Part shown: positions 26,445-39,063 of the stretch, piece after piece
Numbering within the stretch: the first letter of the stretch is position 1
Layout of the letters: each line of letters opens with the position of its first letter
Origin: Heptranchias perlo
Lineage: Eukaryota
Reading direction: 5' to 3'
NCBI RefSeq assembly: GCF_035084215.1
Contig: NC_090363.1
Span: forward strand, 4,960,001 to 5,024,000
Length of the DNA: 64,000 bases
Notes under the pieces: generated by a model
The model's input: the letters and a program-made list of their open reading frames with translations, nothing else
Told to the model about the DNA's origin: nothing
The model's database searches: none
Made by a program: the position numbers and the translations under genes

Positions 26445-27508
26445 ACCTCTTAAACTACTGAAAGTCGAAACACTCCATTATCCAAGTCACCAATAGTTGT
26501 GACAGCACTATCATTTTAAGTTGTTTTTCCCTCAAATGACAGTGGTGTTTTCGAGAATTTGAGTGCATTTGTAAATCCTGTTGAATTGGTGTTAAGATAA
26601 TGTTGTAAGGATTAGATAAATGATTGCATACATTTCCAAATGGGTGTCTGAATGGTGACAATTAAACTTTTTAGTCGTGGGTTTTTCTGCAAACTTGTTT
26701 CCTGTATGTTTTACATGTCGAGTGATAGACAACCCTATAAGCATTGTCGGAACTGGAATGGGAAAGCATTCTGATAACTTGTTGCTGGCGCCTTCTCAGT
26801 TTTATGCAGAACTACAGAAAGTATTGTATGGTTCAGAGCAAATATTATAGATGTGTCACTTGACAAAGTGTGAGATCCTGAGAACAAGTGAATAATTGAA
26901 TGCTAGGGCATATTATATAGTTAAACTTGCCAGTGTCTATTCTACCTCTTCTTCTATGTAGAACTCATTATAGGGTTACCTAGAGGTGCTCTTGGAATAG
27001 CTTTTCTTTACAATAAATAATACCACAACAGATTTTTTACAATAGCTGATCTTCACCTGAGAGAAGGTGGAGTTATTGACAATTGCCAGGTTCTGTGAGC
27101 TTAATTTGATGGAATTATTGGGAACCCTTTGTTACAAAATGCATAACATCAGAGGTGAAGAGTGCGCAAACAATTCCTCCTTTGGTCCGAAAAACGGCAC
27201 CTCCGACAGTGTAGCACTCCCTCTGTACTGCACTAGGAGTGTCAGCCTGGATTTTGTGCTCAAGTGGGACTTGAATGCACAACCTTCTGACTCGGAGGCG
27301 AGAGTGCTATTACATCTTAAATATTTCTACGTATATGAAAAATCTGATCCAAAATTGAAAATGCACAAAATAAAGTGTCAAAATCAAAAATTTTGATGGG
27401 GGGGGGGGGGGCGAACGGGACAGGAGAAATCTTCTACCTAATTTGAAAAATGCTACTACACCACTGCTGCAAAGCTGCTCTGGTGGGCACTGCAGGGACA
27501 TTATTAAG

Positions 27509-27940
27509 AACATAATAAATAGGAGTAGGAGTAGGTCATATCGAGCCTGCTCTGCCATTCAATTAAATCGTGGCTGATCTTTGACCTCAACTCTACTTTC
27601 CCGCCCGATCCCCATATCCCTTGATTCCCCTAGAGTCCAAAAATCTATCTATCTCAGCTTTGAATATACTCAATGACTCAGCATCCACAGTCTTCTGGGG
27701 TTGAGAATTCCAAAGATTCACAACCCTCTGAGTGAAGCAATTCCTACTCACCTCAGTCCTAAATGGCCGACCCCTCATCCTAGACTCTCCAACCAGGGGA
27801 AACAACCTCTCAGCATCTACCCTGTCGAGCACCCTCAGAATCTTATATGTTTCAATGCGATCACCTCCTAAACTCCAGAGAATATAGGCCAATTCTACTT
27901 AACCTCTCCTCATAGGACAATCCTCTCATCCCAGGATTAT
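27509..27940 (-). mobile_element. CR1 LINE 3' fragment (similar pieces at about 19100-19410, 33430-33960, 35150-35450, 42380-42750, 44030-44395, 49170-49440, 52665-52990)
   Basis: Translation ..YKIL..LDRVDAERLFPL..FTQRVVNLWNS.. is the CR1 ORF2 C-terminus. Confidence 0.8.
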
Positions 27941-28069
27941 AATTTGGGTGTTTATTGCTTGAGGGGCACAAACAATAAAGTGTTAGCTTATTTTGGATGA
28001 TGACATGGGGCAACCCAGAATCTCCTAACCGGTTTAATTAGAAAAGGCAAACCTGCTCTGCTCTAATCT

Positions 28070-28385
28070 TGCCTGCCTACGTCCTCGTGGGCCTGCTCCT
28101 GGGCCTGTCCAAGGTTGCTATCCACAGGTTCAGGTTAGACGCGGCCCGCGGGGGCGGTCGCTCCGACTGTCTGCCTCTCTTCCGCGGCATTCTCCGTGCC
28201 CGGGTGGCCCTGGAGAGGGAGCATGTGGTGTCTCCCGGTACGCTTGAGGCTTTCCGCGACCGGTGCATCCTGGATCCTGACAATAAAATTATTATTTGGC
28301 ACTTATTTTGTTTTTTTCATTTGCTGCACATAAAACACACCCTAACCCCCCCTTATAAAAGGGGGCCTAAACACACAAAAAAGTC
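28070..28385 (+). mobile_element. Tx1/L1-like non-LTR element 3' fragment
   Basis: LLLGLSKVAIH...LFRGILRARVALEREH..SPGTLEAFRDR; related copies at 18660-18880 and 28838-29165. Confidence 0.6.
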
Positions 28386-28837
28386 AACTTGCTTACACAT
28401 CCATGCTACAGAGCAGAGTGTAGAAGAGAAAAAAAAATCTTGCCTGCCTCTTGGCAGTACTTCTCCAAACCTGCTCTTATTTTTTTATTCATAAACAGAG
28501 TTATTTATTGAAGCCAACAATATAGGCAAAAAGATGGAACAGGAATACAGCAAGGATTTCTAAGATTTTATCTTTGCATACGTGCATACCATGGAGCAGG
28601 GGGTACAAAAAGTTTAAATCAATATTCCTATTAGTTGGCATATATCTCTAGTTCTTGATTTTCAGGTTTGAGCTTTATCTGCCAATGACGTAACTGCATT
28701 AGAAAAAGGGATGTCCAAACCTCCAGGTCTACATAATTCAAACAGGACAAACCGACAATTAAGAAATATAAGCACAAACAAGACTGATTCGTCTAGCTTC
28801 GACAACTGGATTTTTTTTCTCTTTTTTTTGCATCAAT

Positions 28838-29165
28838 TCTTTTTTGTTGTGTTTTTAGGCCCTCCCTTTTATAAGGGGGGGGGGTTAGGTGTGTTTATGT
28901 GCAACCAAAAACCAAAACCAAGTGTCAAATTAAGATTTTATTATTTCGGTCCAGGACGCAGTCCAGCCCCGGCGGTGCCCACCCGGTCGCGGAAAGCCTC
29001 AAGCGTACCGGCAGAGACCGCGTGCTCCCTCTCCAGGGCCACCCGTTGCGCGGAGGATGCCGCGGAAGAGAGGCGGACAGTCGGAGCGACCGCCCCCGCG
29101 GGCCGCGCCCAAACCGGACCTGCGGATAGCCACCTCGGACAGGCCCACGAGGACGTCCACAGAAC
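28838..29165 (-). mobile_element. Tx1/L1-like non-LTR element 3' fragment, inverted relative to 28070-28385
   Basis: RVALEREHAVSAGTLEAFRDR on the minus strand and a shared CCCCCTTATAAAAGGG..GCCTAAA 3' end. Confidence 0.6.
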
Positions 29166-29289
29166 TACCCCAGCAACCCCTTCTCCTCCTCCTCCTCTCC
29201 CCCCCTCCTCCTCCTCCTCCCTCACCGGGCGGCCAAAGATCAGGAGTCAGGGCTCCAAACTTGCTCTGTTACCTCTTGTTCCAAAGTGA

Positions 29290-29760
29290 GAGCACGTGGC
29301 CGGGGACAGTGGCTGTCAATCAAATTAAAGGCGGGCGTTGAAGTCTCGCGCGCGCACGCGCGCACTGGGGAGGGCGGGGTCTGAGAAGTTGTCGCGAGAC
29401 CTGGGCCTAGAGGCGGAGCGCGGAGCTCGGAGTTTGAATTTGGTGCGCTCGGAGCCGGACACGCGATGGTGAGAAGCCGGGGGTGGGATCGGTCTCCGTT
29501 CTCTCTCCCTGCCGAGTGTGGGCTTTATGTGACCCTTTACTTACAAATAAGAGCCGGGATTGAGACTCCGGGAGGCGCGCAACGCACGGTATTTCAGCCC
29601 GGCCTCATTCCAGGACCCGCGGGCCGGAGGCCGCGCTGGAGCCGGGTACTTTCCTGCAGGCCTAACCCCGGGAAGTGGTGTAAGCGCCTCCTCGGGGGTG
29701 CGGGGGCGGGACTTGCAGTCTCCATCTGCAGGAATGCGAGGGATTTAAAGCGGGAGTTGC
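29290..29760 (+). promoter_or_regulatory. CpG-island, TATA-less promoter and exon 1 region of LSM2
   Basis: CpG-dense, with GGGCGGGG GC boxes and a TCGCGAGA motif around the ATG/GTGAG first donor. Confidence 0.7.
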
Positions 29761-32700
29761 AATGTTTTCAAATATTTTTTTAAAATACCTCTTTCAAACC
29801 GTGTTAAATGCGCAGTTTTTCGCTTTTCAAGGACCTTGGACAACCAATGGAAACAATTCTCAGCTAATAAATTGCTTGCATTTCTAATAGTCAACGGGAA
29901 ATTGAGGAGCAAATATGTAAGGAGATTACAGACAGCTGCAAGAAAAATAGGGTGGTAATAGTAGGGGACTTTAACTTTCCCAACATTGACTGGGACAGCC
30001 ATAGCATTAGGGGCTTGGATGGAGAGAAATTTGTTGAGTGTATTCAGGATGAATTTCTCATTCAGTATGTGGATGGCCCAACTAGAGAGGGGGCAAAACT
30101 TGACCTCCTCTTGGGAAATAAGGAAGGGCAGGTGACAGAAGTGTTAGTGAGGGATCACTTTGGGACCAGTGATCATAATTCCATTAGTTTTAAGATAGCT
30201 ATGGAGAAGGATAGGTCTGGCCCAAAAGTTAAAATTCTAAATTGGGGAAAGGCCAATTTTGATGGTATTAGACAGGAACTTTCAGAAGTTGATTGGGAGA
30301 GTCTGTTGGCAGGCAAAGGGACGTCTGGTAAGTGGGAGGCTTTCAAAAGTGTGTTAACCAGGGTTCAGGGTAAGCACATTCCTTATAAAGTGAAGGGCAA
30401 GGCTGGTAGAAGTAGGGAACCTTGGATGACTCGGGAGATTGAGGCACTAGTCAAAAATAAGAAGGAGGCATATGACATGCATAGGCAGCTGGGATCAAGT
30501 GGATCCCTTGAAGAGTATAGAGATTGCCGGAGTAGAGTTAAGAGAGAAATCAGGAGGGCAAAAAGGGGATATGAGATTGCTTTGGCAGATCAGGCAAAGG
30601 TGAATCCAAAGAGCTTCTACAAATACATAAAGGGCAAAAGGGTAACTAGGGAGAGAGTAGGGCCTCTTAAGGATCAACAAGGTCATCTAAGTGCGGAACC
30701 ACAAGAGATGGGTGAGATCCTGAATGAATATTTCACATCGGTATTTACGGTTGAGAAAGGCATGGATGTTAGGGAACTTGGGGAAATAATTAGTGATGTC
30801 TTGAGGAGTGTACATATTACAGAGAGGGAGGTGCTGGAAGTCTTAACGCGCATCAAGGTAGATAAATCTCCGGGACCTGATGAAATGTATCCCAGGACGT
30901 TATGGGAGGTTAGGGAGGAAATTGCGGGTCCCCTAGCAGAGATATTTGAATCATCCACCGCTACAGGTGAGGTGCCTGAAGATTGGAGGGTAGCAAATGT
31001 TGTGCCTTTGTTTAAGAAGGGCGGCAGGGAAAAGCCTGGGAACTACAGACCAGTGAGCCTGACATCTGTAGTGGGTAAGTTGTTAGAGGGTATTCTGAGG
31101 GACAGGATCTACAGGCATTTGGAGAGGCAGGGACTAATTAGGAACAGTCAGCATGGTTTTGTGAGAGGAAAATCATGTCTCACGAATTTGATTGAGTTTT
31201 TTGAAGGGGTAACCAAGAAGATAGATGAGGGCTGTGCAGTAGACGTGGTCTACATGGACTTCAGCAAAGCATTTGACAAGGTACCGCATGGTAGGTTGTT
31301 ACATAAGGTTAAATCTCATGGGATCCAAGGTGAGGTAGCCAATTGGATACAAAATTGGCTTGACGACAGAAGACAGAGGGTGGTTGTCGAGGGTTGTTTT
31401 TCAAACTGGATGCCTGTGTCCAGCGGTGTGCCTCAGGGATCGGTGCTGGGTCCGCTGTTATTTGTTATTTATATTAATGATTTGGATGAGAATTTAGGAG
31501 GCATGGTTAGTAAGTTTGCAGATGACACCAAGATTGGTGGCATTGTGGACAGTGAAGAAGGTTATCTAGGATTGCAACGGGATCTTGATAAATTGGGCCA
31601 GTGGGCCGATGAATGGCAGATGGAGTTTAATTTAGATAAATGTGAGGTGATGCATTTTGGTAGATCGAATCGGGCCAGGACCTACTCCGTTAATGGTAGG
31701 GCGTTGGGGAGAGTTATAGAACAAAGAGATCTAGGAGTACAGGTTCATAGCTCCTTGAAAGTGGAGTCACAGGTGGATAGGGTGGTGAAGAAGGCATTCA
31801 GCATGCTTGGTTTCATTGGTCAGAACATTGAATGCAGGAGTTGGGATGTCTTGTTGAAGTTGTACAGGGCATTGGTGAGGCCACACTTGGAGTACTGTGT
31901 ACAGTTCTGGTCACCCTATTATAGAAAGGATATTATTAAACTAGAAAGAGTGCAGAAAAGATTTACTAGGATGCTACCGGGACTTGATGGTTTGACTTAC
32001 AGGGAGAGGTTAGACAGACTGGGACTTTATTCCCTGGAGATTAGGAGGTTAAGGGGTGATCTTATAGAAGTCTATAAAATAATGAGGGGCATAGATAAGG
32101 TCGATAGTCAAAATCTTTTCCCAAAGGTAGGGGAGTCTATAACGAGGGGGCACAGATTTAAGGTGAGAGGGGAGAGATACAAAAGGATCCAGAGGGGCAA
32201 TTTTTTCACTCAAAGGGCGGTGAGTGTCTGGAACGAGCTGCCAGAGGCAGTAGTAGAGGCGGGTACAATTTTGTCTTTTAAAAAGCATTTGGACAGTTAC
32301 ATGGGGAAGATGGGTATCGAGGGATATGGGCCAAGTGCAGGCAATTGGGACTACCTTAGTGGTATAAACTGGGCGACATGGACATGTTGGGCCGAAGGGC
32401 CTGTTTCCATGTTGTAACTTCTATGATTCTATAATAGTGCTTTCATGTCCTCTGGCCATTCCAAATTGCTTCACAATCAATGAATTGCTATGCAAGTGAG
32501 TTCATTATTTAAGCACACATGGCTGCCAAGTACACAGCAAGGTCCCACAGACAGCAAGTGAACGACCAGTTAATCTGATTTTTGGTAGCGTTGGTTGAAG
32601 GAGGAATGTTGGCCAGGACACCAGGAGAACTTCCTGCCTCAGTTCAAATAGTGCCACCGGGTCTTTTATGTTCGCCTGTGAATGGTAGATATAGTTCTTG

Positions 32701-35700
32701 GTTTAATGCCCAATCTGAATGACGGCACCTTTGACAGTGCGGCACTCCCTCAGTACCGCACTGGAGTGTCAGCCTTGATTACGTGTTATCAAACGGTGTG
32801 CATAATGTGAATAAGTGTAGTGGGGCTTGAACCCACACATTTCTGACTTGGTTGAGAGTCCTACCAACTGAGCAGGGGACCCTCAAACCTTCACAAGATC
32901 AACTGTACTTTGCTCATTTTAAAGTTAAGATGATTTGATGTAAAAAGGTAAGCAAGTTTACAACATAAATCTCATGGCTGAAGAATGCCCTGGCTCAATT
33001 TAATCAGTTCCTCTTTTTGTTTTAGTTGTTTTATTCGTTTTTCAAATCCTTGGTTGGGAAAGATGTAGTAGTGGAGCTAAAGAATGATCTCAGGTGAGTG
33101 CAATTTGTTTTGGTCTGTTGCTGACAGCAAGTGATGCTAGTGAACTATAAGCAGTGCCATTTTGTGAAGTTTTCAATGTTCTTATCTGCAATGGGTCACT
33201 CTCGCCTCTTTTAAAGAGTAAAACAGTCCTTTCAATGTAATGCTCTCTTTGCTTTTCCACCTCTTCCCATCCAAGTGATTTTAGGAAATTGAAACTTCCT
33301 ACTTGATGGGGAGAATTCCTAGTTTTAATATTTACTTTTCCTGGTTGAGACCTGATTTCTGGTCTCTGTCTTAATGAAGTCAAAGCCTTGTTGGGCACCT
33401 CTGCAAAGAATCCAATAGATCAGATGGGGCCAATTATAGTATAGAGTGTAGAAGATTGAGGTGATCTAGAATCATAGAATGATCCAGCACAGAAGGAGGC
33501 CATTTGGCCCATTTTGCCTGTTCTGGCTCTTTGAAAGAGTTACCCAATTAGTCCCACTCCCCTGCTCTTTCCCCATAGCCCTGCAGATTTTTCCACTTCA
33601 TGTATTTATATCTAAATGAGGTGTTTAAGATGATTAAAGAATTTGATCGGGTGGAGTCCAGAACAAGTGGCATAAACTTAAAGTTAGAGCTAGGCTATTC
33701 AGGAGTGATGTCAGGAAGCACTTCTTCACATAAAGGGTGGTGGAAATCTGGAACTCTCTTCCACCCCACCCCCCCAAAAAAGCTGAGAGGCTGGGGGGTC
33801 AAATTGAAAATTTCAAAACTGACATTTTTGTTAGGCAACGATATAAAGGGTTATGGAACCAAGGTGGGTAAATGGAGTTAAGATACAGAGCAGCCATGAT
33901 CAATTTGAATGATGGAAAAGTCTCGGTGTTGACTGGCCTACTCCACTTATGTTCCTATGACTTAAACCAGGAAAATTGCATTTGTCCAATTCCGCAGCAG
34001 AAGTTGGGATTTTCCAGACTTGCGTGCGTTTTTATTGATCCCTGTGGCTGGAAATGTGTTTGGTTTGTGGGATTCCTTCTGGACCTGCAGCTGATGTCAG
34101 TGGATTTGCCTTGGTGCACTAGAGGATGAGCCTACACGGGAATGGGAAGAAGTTTAACGGCTAGCAATGTCATCCACTAGGTGGGGGAGATATTAGTGAT
34201 CCTGAAATTTGTTTGGGGGCGGGGGGAGCGATTCTATATCAAAAATGTTGTGCTCCACTATTTCTTTCCCTTTTTTAAAAAAGGACTGGTGATTCAGTTC
34301 AGATACCACTGCGTGCTACAAACTGGATTCAATGACCCTGATCACAGTGGAATTGCCCTCACTTGTATTAACTCCCAAGTTTCAAATCCTTCCAACTGTA
34401 ATCCTGCACCTTTTCAACTGACTTTTTATATTTATAATAATTGTACCCATGTTTGAATTAAATATTCTGTGGCCAGCAGTCAGATCTGATAAACTAGTTA
34501 CAGCTGACTTCAATTCGCTGAACTTTGCTTTGGAATTATCTGGTCAGCCTAGTGACCAGAAAGTAAGAATGGATTAATGGATGAGTTTTGCTCCTCACCC
34601 AAAATATTGCAAAGATGGCAGCAAACTATTTCTTAAACTAAAGGGTGATAAAGTTAACAGTACATCAAAATTACTAGTCTGCACAGGTATACGAACAATA
34701 CAGTTAACTTGAAGTGAATAGAACATCATCTGTGGTCCTTTACCGTACCTCGATATTATGAAGGCTACAAGTTCACAAGACGTTTGAGCATGTTGCAGAG
34801 CAGAAAACGCGGGAAAGTTCTAAATGACTTTCCAGTGTTGCATCGAGCCTACAGCCCAACTGATCTGTGCCGGTGTTTATGCTCCACATGAGCCTCCTCG
34901 CACCCCGTCTTCATTTCACCCTATGAGCATATCCTTCTATTCCTTTCTCCCTCGTGTTTACATAGCTTCTCATTAAATGCATCTATGCTAGTTGCCTCAA
35001 CTACTCATTGTGGTAGCTCATTCCACATTGAAATGGTAACGTTGAGTGGTAACAGAGGTACCGCCCTGCTGACTGTTGCTTAACCCCCTCTACATGTGAA
35101 TCCTGGATCTGTAGGATGACTTGGTTACAAGTTCAAGCTGTGGTGCAATGACCCTGTGGTGGGGGAGTCCAGAACAAGGGGGGGCATAACCTTAAAATTA
35201 GCACTAGGCTGCGCAGAGGTGATGCCAGGCAGTACTTCTTCACGCAAAGGTTAGTGGAAATCTGGAACATTCTCCAAAAGCTCTTGAGGCTGGAGGTCAA
35301 TTGAAAATTTCAAAATAGAGATTGATAAATTTTTGTTAGGCAAAGGGTATTAAGGGTTACGGAACCAAGGATGTAAGATTCAGATCGGCCATGATCTAAT
35401 TGAATGGTGGAATAGATTTGATGGGCTGAATGGCCTCCTGTTCCTATGTTCCCTGTGATTACGTAAGTAGGGAATGAAAAAAAGACCAGGACCCACTGTA
35501 CTCGCCCCTTCCATTGGATTATCTAGATTTTACAACTCTGCAGCTCCAGTGAGTCTCCTGAGGGAGGTGAACAACATCAAAAAGGACAAAATGAATTAAT
35601 TGACTCCCTACCGCCAAAGGCAATTGAGTTTTTTAAGAAAAGGTAGCATTGGAGAGTCATGAGCAGCTTTCCACCTGTCTGTTTTCTGATCTGCAGAGGT

Positions 35701-38700
35701 TTTAGTGAATTTGTAACCTTCACAATATTGAAGAAATGTAACGGGCCACAGAAGATGTCCTATTCACTTCAAGAATTGTTTGCATATCTGTCCAGACTAA
35801 TATTTTTGATGCAGTGTTTACTTGCCTCCCTTTTAATATTCAGGAATGGTTTGTTGCCATGTTTGTAATCTGTTCTTAACTCTCCCTTCAAATTAACTAA
35901 TAGTTTCAGTAAAAATGAGGTGATCATTTGAGGTTCAAGCCATTCTCAGGCTACCAAAAATACAATTAGGCCCAGACTTAGTAAAGGCTCTTTTCCTGCT
36001 GTAACTGACTATGGGTTTCTGATAAAGTTTCTGGGTTGTTTGTACTTTGTAAGTCTTGTAAGAGTGGTGGGGTGCAGGGGAAAGGGTAACTGCGTTGCAT
36101 GTTAGAAAGTAAAAAGATGTGACGTGATTTCTATTGCAAAAATAATAAGGTTGTAATGTAACTTTTTCCCTCCCTTTATTTCAGCATCTGTGGAACCCTG
36201 CACTCTGTCGATCAGGTGAGTGTTACCTATTTGAACAGAGTGATACTGAAATATAGCTTCATTGTAATTAAATATCAAAACTGCACAGAACAATTTTGAA
36301 GGTATAGGTCAGGACAAGCGGCTGTTTATTTCCCTCGAGCTTATTGTTGCTTCATCCAACCTGGATTTAGCCTTTGTTCCCTGTGGAACTTCCGTGTAGA
36401 AAATGTTTAAAGTTCTTGCTTTGCCCCTAGCGAGCCCAGTTACTGACCTTTTTTGAAAACTCCTCTTCGTACTATCTCCTCCCCAATATATTTATGTCGC
36501 CGTCTCCCCCACATTGCTCTCTTTGCTCAGGAGGGTAGGATTGCCCAGGTTGCTGTGAGTGTGCTATTTTGCAACTAGGCCACTGGGCAGATTGAGCAAT
36601 AGATGGATTCTGTCCCTGCTCATTTTTTGCATCTTTTGCCTAACTCTCTCCCTCCTGAGACTGACTTTTTTTTCACCTAATGGGAGCCCAAATCTGAATG
36701 TCTAAGAAAAAATGTCCATAAGAGGTTGATCTTACTGTCGTCTTATCCTTTCAGTACCTGAATATCAAACTGACAGATATCAGTGTCACCGATCCAGAGA
36801 AATATCCACACATGGTGAGTGATGTGAATGTTTATTGAGTCTTTTGTAGGGATTGTGCGCGTTCTAATAGATTTCCACTCCCAGCGATCAGAGGCCGGAT
36901 AATGATAGAGCAGTTGGGGTGGTGGGTGGGGGGGAGGGAGATCTGAGGGTGTTTCTTTCTCCTGATATCTGACTGGAGAGGCTTTGGCAGATCACAGCCT
37001 GCCCTTCGGTTGGGAAACGTAGGTAGTTGGATCTCGTCATTTGGGGGGGAGAAGAAGAAATAATATAAAATTACTGCTGTGTTCCTCAAATGGTTAACTA
37101 CAGACAAAAAATGGACAAAAGAGCCAAAGGAGGAGGTATTAGGAGCAGTGTCCAAACCCGCGACCTCTACCACCTAGAAGGACAAGAGCAGCCGGCACAT
37201 GGGAACAACACCACCTGCATGTTCCCCTCCAAGTCACACACCATCCCGACTTGGAAATATATCGCCGTTCCTTCATCGTCACTGGGACAAAATCCTGGAA
37301 CTCCCTTCCTAACAGCACTGTGGGAGAACCTTCACCACACGGACTGCAGCGGTTCAAGGCGGCGGCTCACCACCACCACCTTCTCAAGGGCAATTAGGGA
37401 TGGGCAATAAATGCCGGCCTCGCCAACGACACCCACATCCCATGAACGAATTTTTTTTTTAAAAAGACAAATGCGAGGAGACATTGAGTTTTGGAGTGCA
37501 GTAAACTGATGTTTACAGGTCTGCCGTTAGTGGGAGCAGTTTGGGATAAGTAAACAATTTGGGCAACTATATATTCTTATTGTCTGGGAGCCAATTACAA
37601 GCTGGAATCTAATGGAGGGATTCAAATTACATAAAATGCAAGAATGAGAATACAGCGATTTTTATAAACATAGCTAAACTCCGCTCGAGACTTTTTGTAA
37701 AATAAATTCTGTAACTATGGTGATGTACCAGTCTGTTGCTTTTGTTCACAATGATGTGAGTTTTAAAGTCTGATTTTTGTTAGGAGATGGAATGCCCGGT
37801 CAGTGGTGGAGGCAGAATCTATAGTAGCTTTTAAAAAGGAAGTGGATAAATATTTGGGGGAGGAAAAAAAGATCAAATGAGTGTGAGGAAAGGACAACAG
37901 CGTGCATTTATACAGCACCTTTTAACATAGAAAGGTCTCCCAAAGTGTTTCAAAGGTATAAGAAAAAATGGACAAAAGAGCCAAAGGAGGAGGTATTAGG
38001 AGCGGTGTCCAAAATCTTGGTCAAAGAGGTGGGTTTTAAGAAAGGAGGTGGAGGCAGAGGGGTTTAGGGAGAGATTTCCATAGTTTGAGACCTAGGCGGC
38101 TAAAGTCACGGCCGCCAACGGGAGAAGACACCGGATGGCATCGCAGGAATGTGTTGAGATGTTCTCGCAGGATTGCAATACGTGAATGAAGGCTAAATGT
38201 TGTGTTGAGCAGAAAAATATTTGAGGCGGGGGAGGGGGGAAACTGAAAGCAACCCTTTTTCACTGAGGTTAACACTCACTCTTGCCAAAAGTGAATTATT
38301 CTGACCCACCTGTAAAACACGTGTCCTGAAATTAGCATTCCCACGTTCGAGGTGCTTTTAACTGCACCCCTCTCCTTACTGCCTCTTGTCTCCCACCCTT
38401 CCCTCCCAGCTCCAGGCTCCTACGCAGTTACCTGTAGAAAGAGTGTATCTCACCTTCCCGTTAATACTTTTGGAGGAAAGTGCATTTCTTGGACCCCCTC
38501 CTCTTTGAGTTTGGAGAGGCAAACCTCTGATTAGTGCAACCCCCCTCCCCCAGTGGGTTAGCTCACTTTAACCTGTGAAGTGAAAATGCAGGGCCAGCAC
38601 AAAGGAGGAAACTCCTTGGGGGTCCACTGCCTACCTGGTCTCTTGGTCCCTTCTGTTCCTCTCCCTTCTACCTTGCTTCCCACCTCTGCTTGAGCTAATC

Positions 38701-39063
38701 ACTCCCCAAGTGCATAGCCACAGGAGATGGACTAGTGACGTCCATAGCTACCCCAGCCCTCTTAAACTTAGTAGTGGGGTTACTCTGGTACAAAATGGAC
38801 ATGGCTCATAAAGGAAAAGTGTTACTACTTTATTAAAAGGGTTTTAGTTTTGTTTCTTTAAAATCCTCTTGATTTGATTGCCTGTACAACGCTTGCACTC
38901 CAATGAGGGTATTAATGCTGGACCTTCTCCCTCCCAGCTCTCCGTGAAGAACTGCTTTATCCGTGGTTCAGTGGTGCGTTACGTGCAGCTCCCAGCTGAT
39001 GAGGTGGATACACAGTTGCTACAGGATGCAGCGAGGAAAGAAGCCATGCAGCAGAAGCAATGA
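29466..39063 (+). CDS. LSM2: U6 snRNA-associated Sm-like protein LSm2 (95 aa, 5 coding exons: 29466-29468, 33026-33093, 36185-36215, 36755-36814, 38938-39063)
   Basis: All introns are GT-AG. The exons total 288 nt and translate to MLFYSFFKSLVGKDVVVELKNDLSICGTLHSVDQYLNIKLTDISVTDPEKYPHMLSVKNCFIRGSVVRYVQLPADEVDTQLLQDAARKEAMQQKQ*, essentially vertebrate LSM2. AATAAA at 40064-40069. Confidence 0.97.
29885..32438 (+). mobile_element. CR1 LINE, 5'-truncated, with an uninterrupted 821-aa ORF2 segment (part of the APE endonuclease plus RT), in LSM2 intron 1
   Basis: GDFNFPNIDW, SDHN, YRPVSLTS, GVPQGSVLGP, KFADDTK; TTCTATGATTCTAT tail; candidate TSD TAATAGT at 29885-29891 and 32432-32438. Confidence 0.93.
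32439..32872 (-). mobile_element. Decayed DeuSINE copy whose tail is interrupted by the LSM2-intron CR1
   Basis: GACGGCACCTTTGACAGTGCGGCACTCCCTCAGTAC core; the tail resumes as CTTGCATTTC just before 29885. Confidence 0.6.
37152..37462 (+). mobile_element. 3' fragment of the second CR1-clade family, in LSM2 intron 4
   Basis: Matches the 3' end of the 7572-8780 element (GGGCAATAAATG...CCCACATCCCATGAA). Confidence 0.8.
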
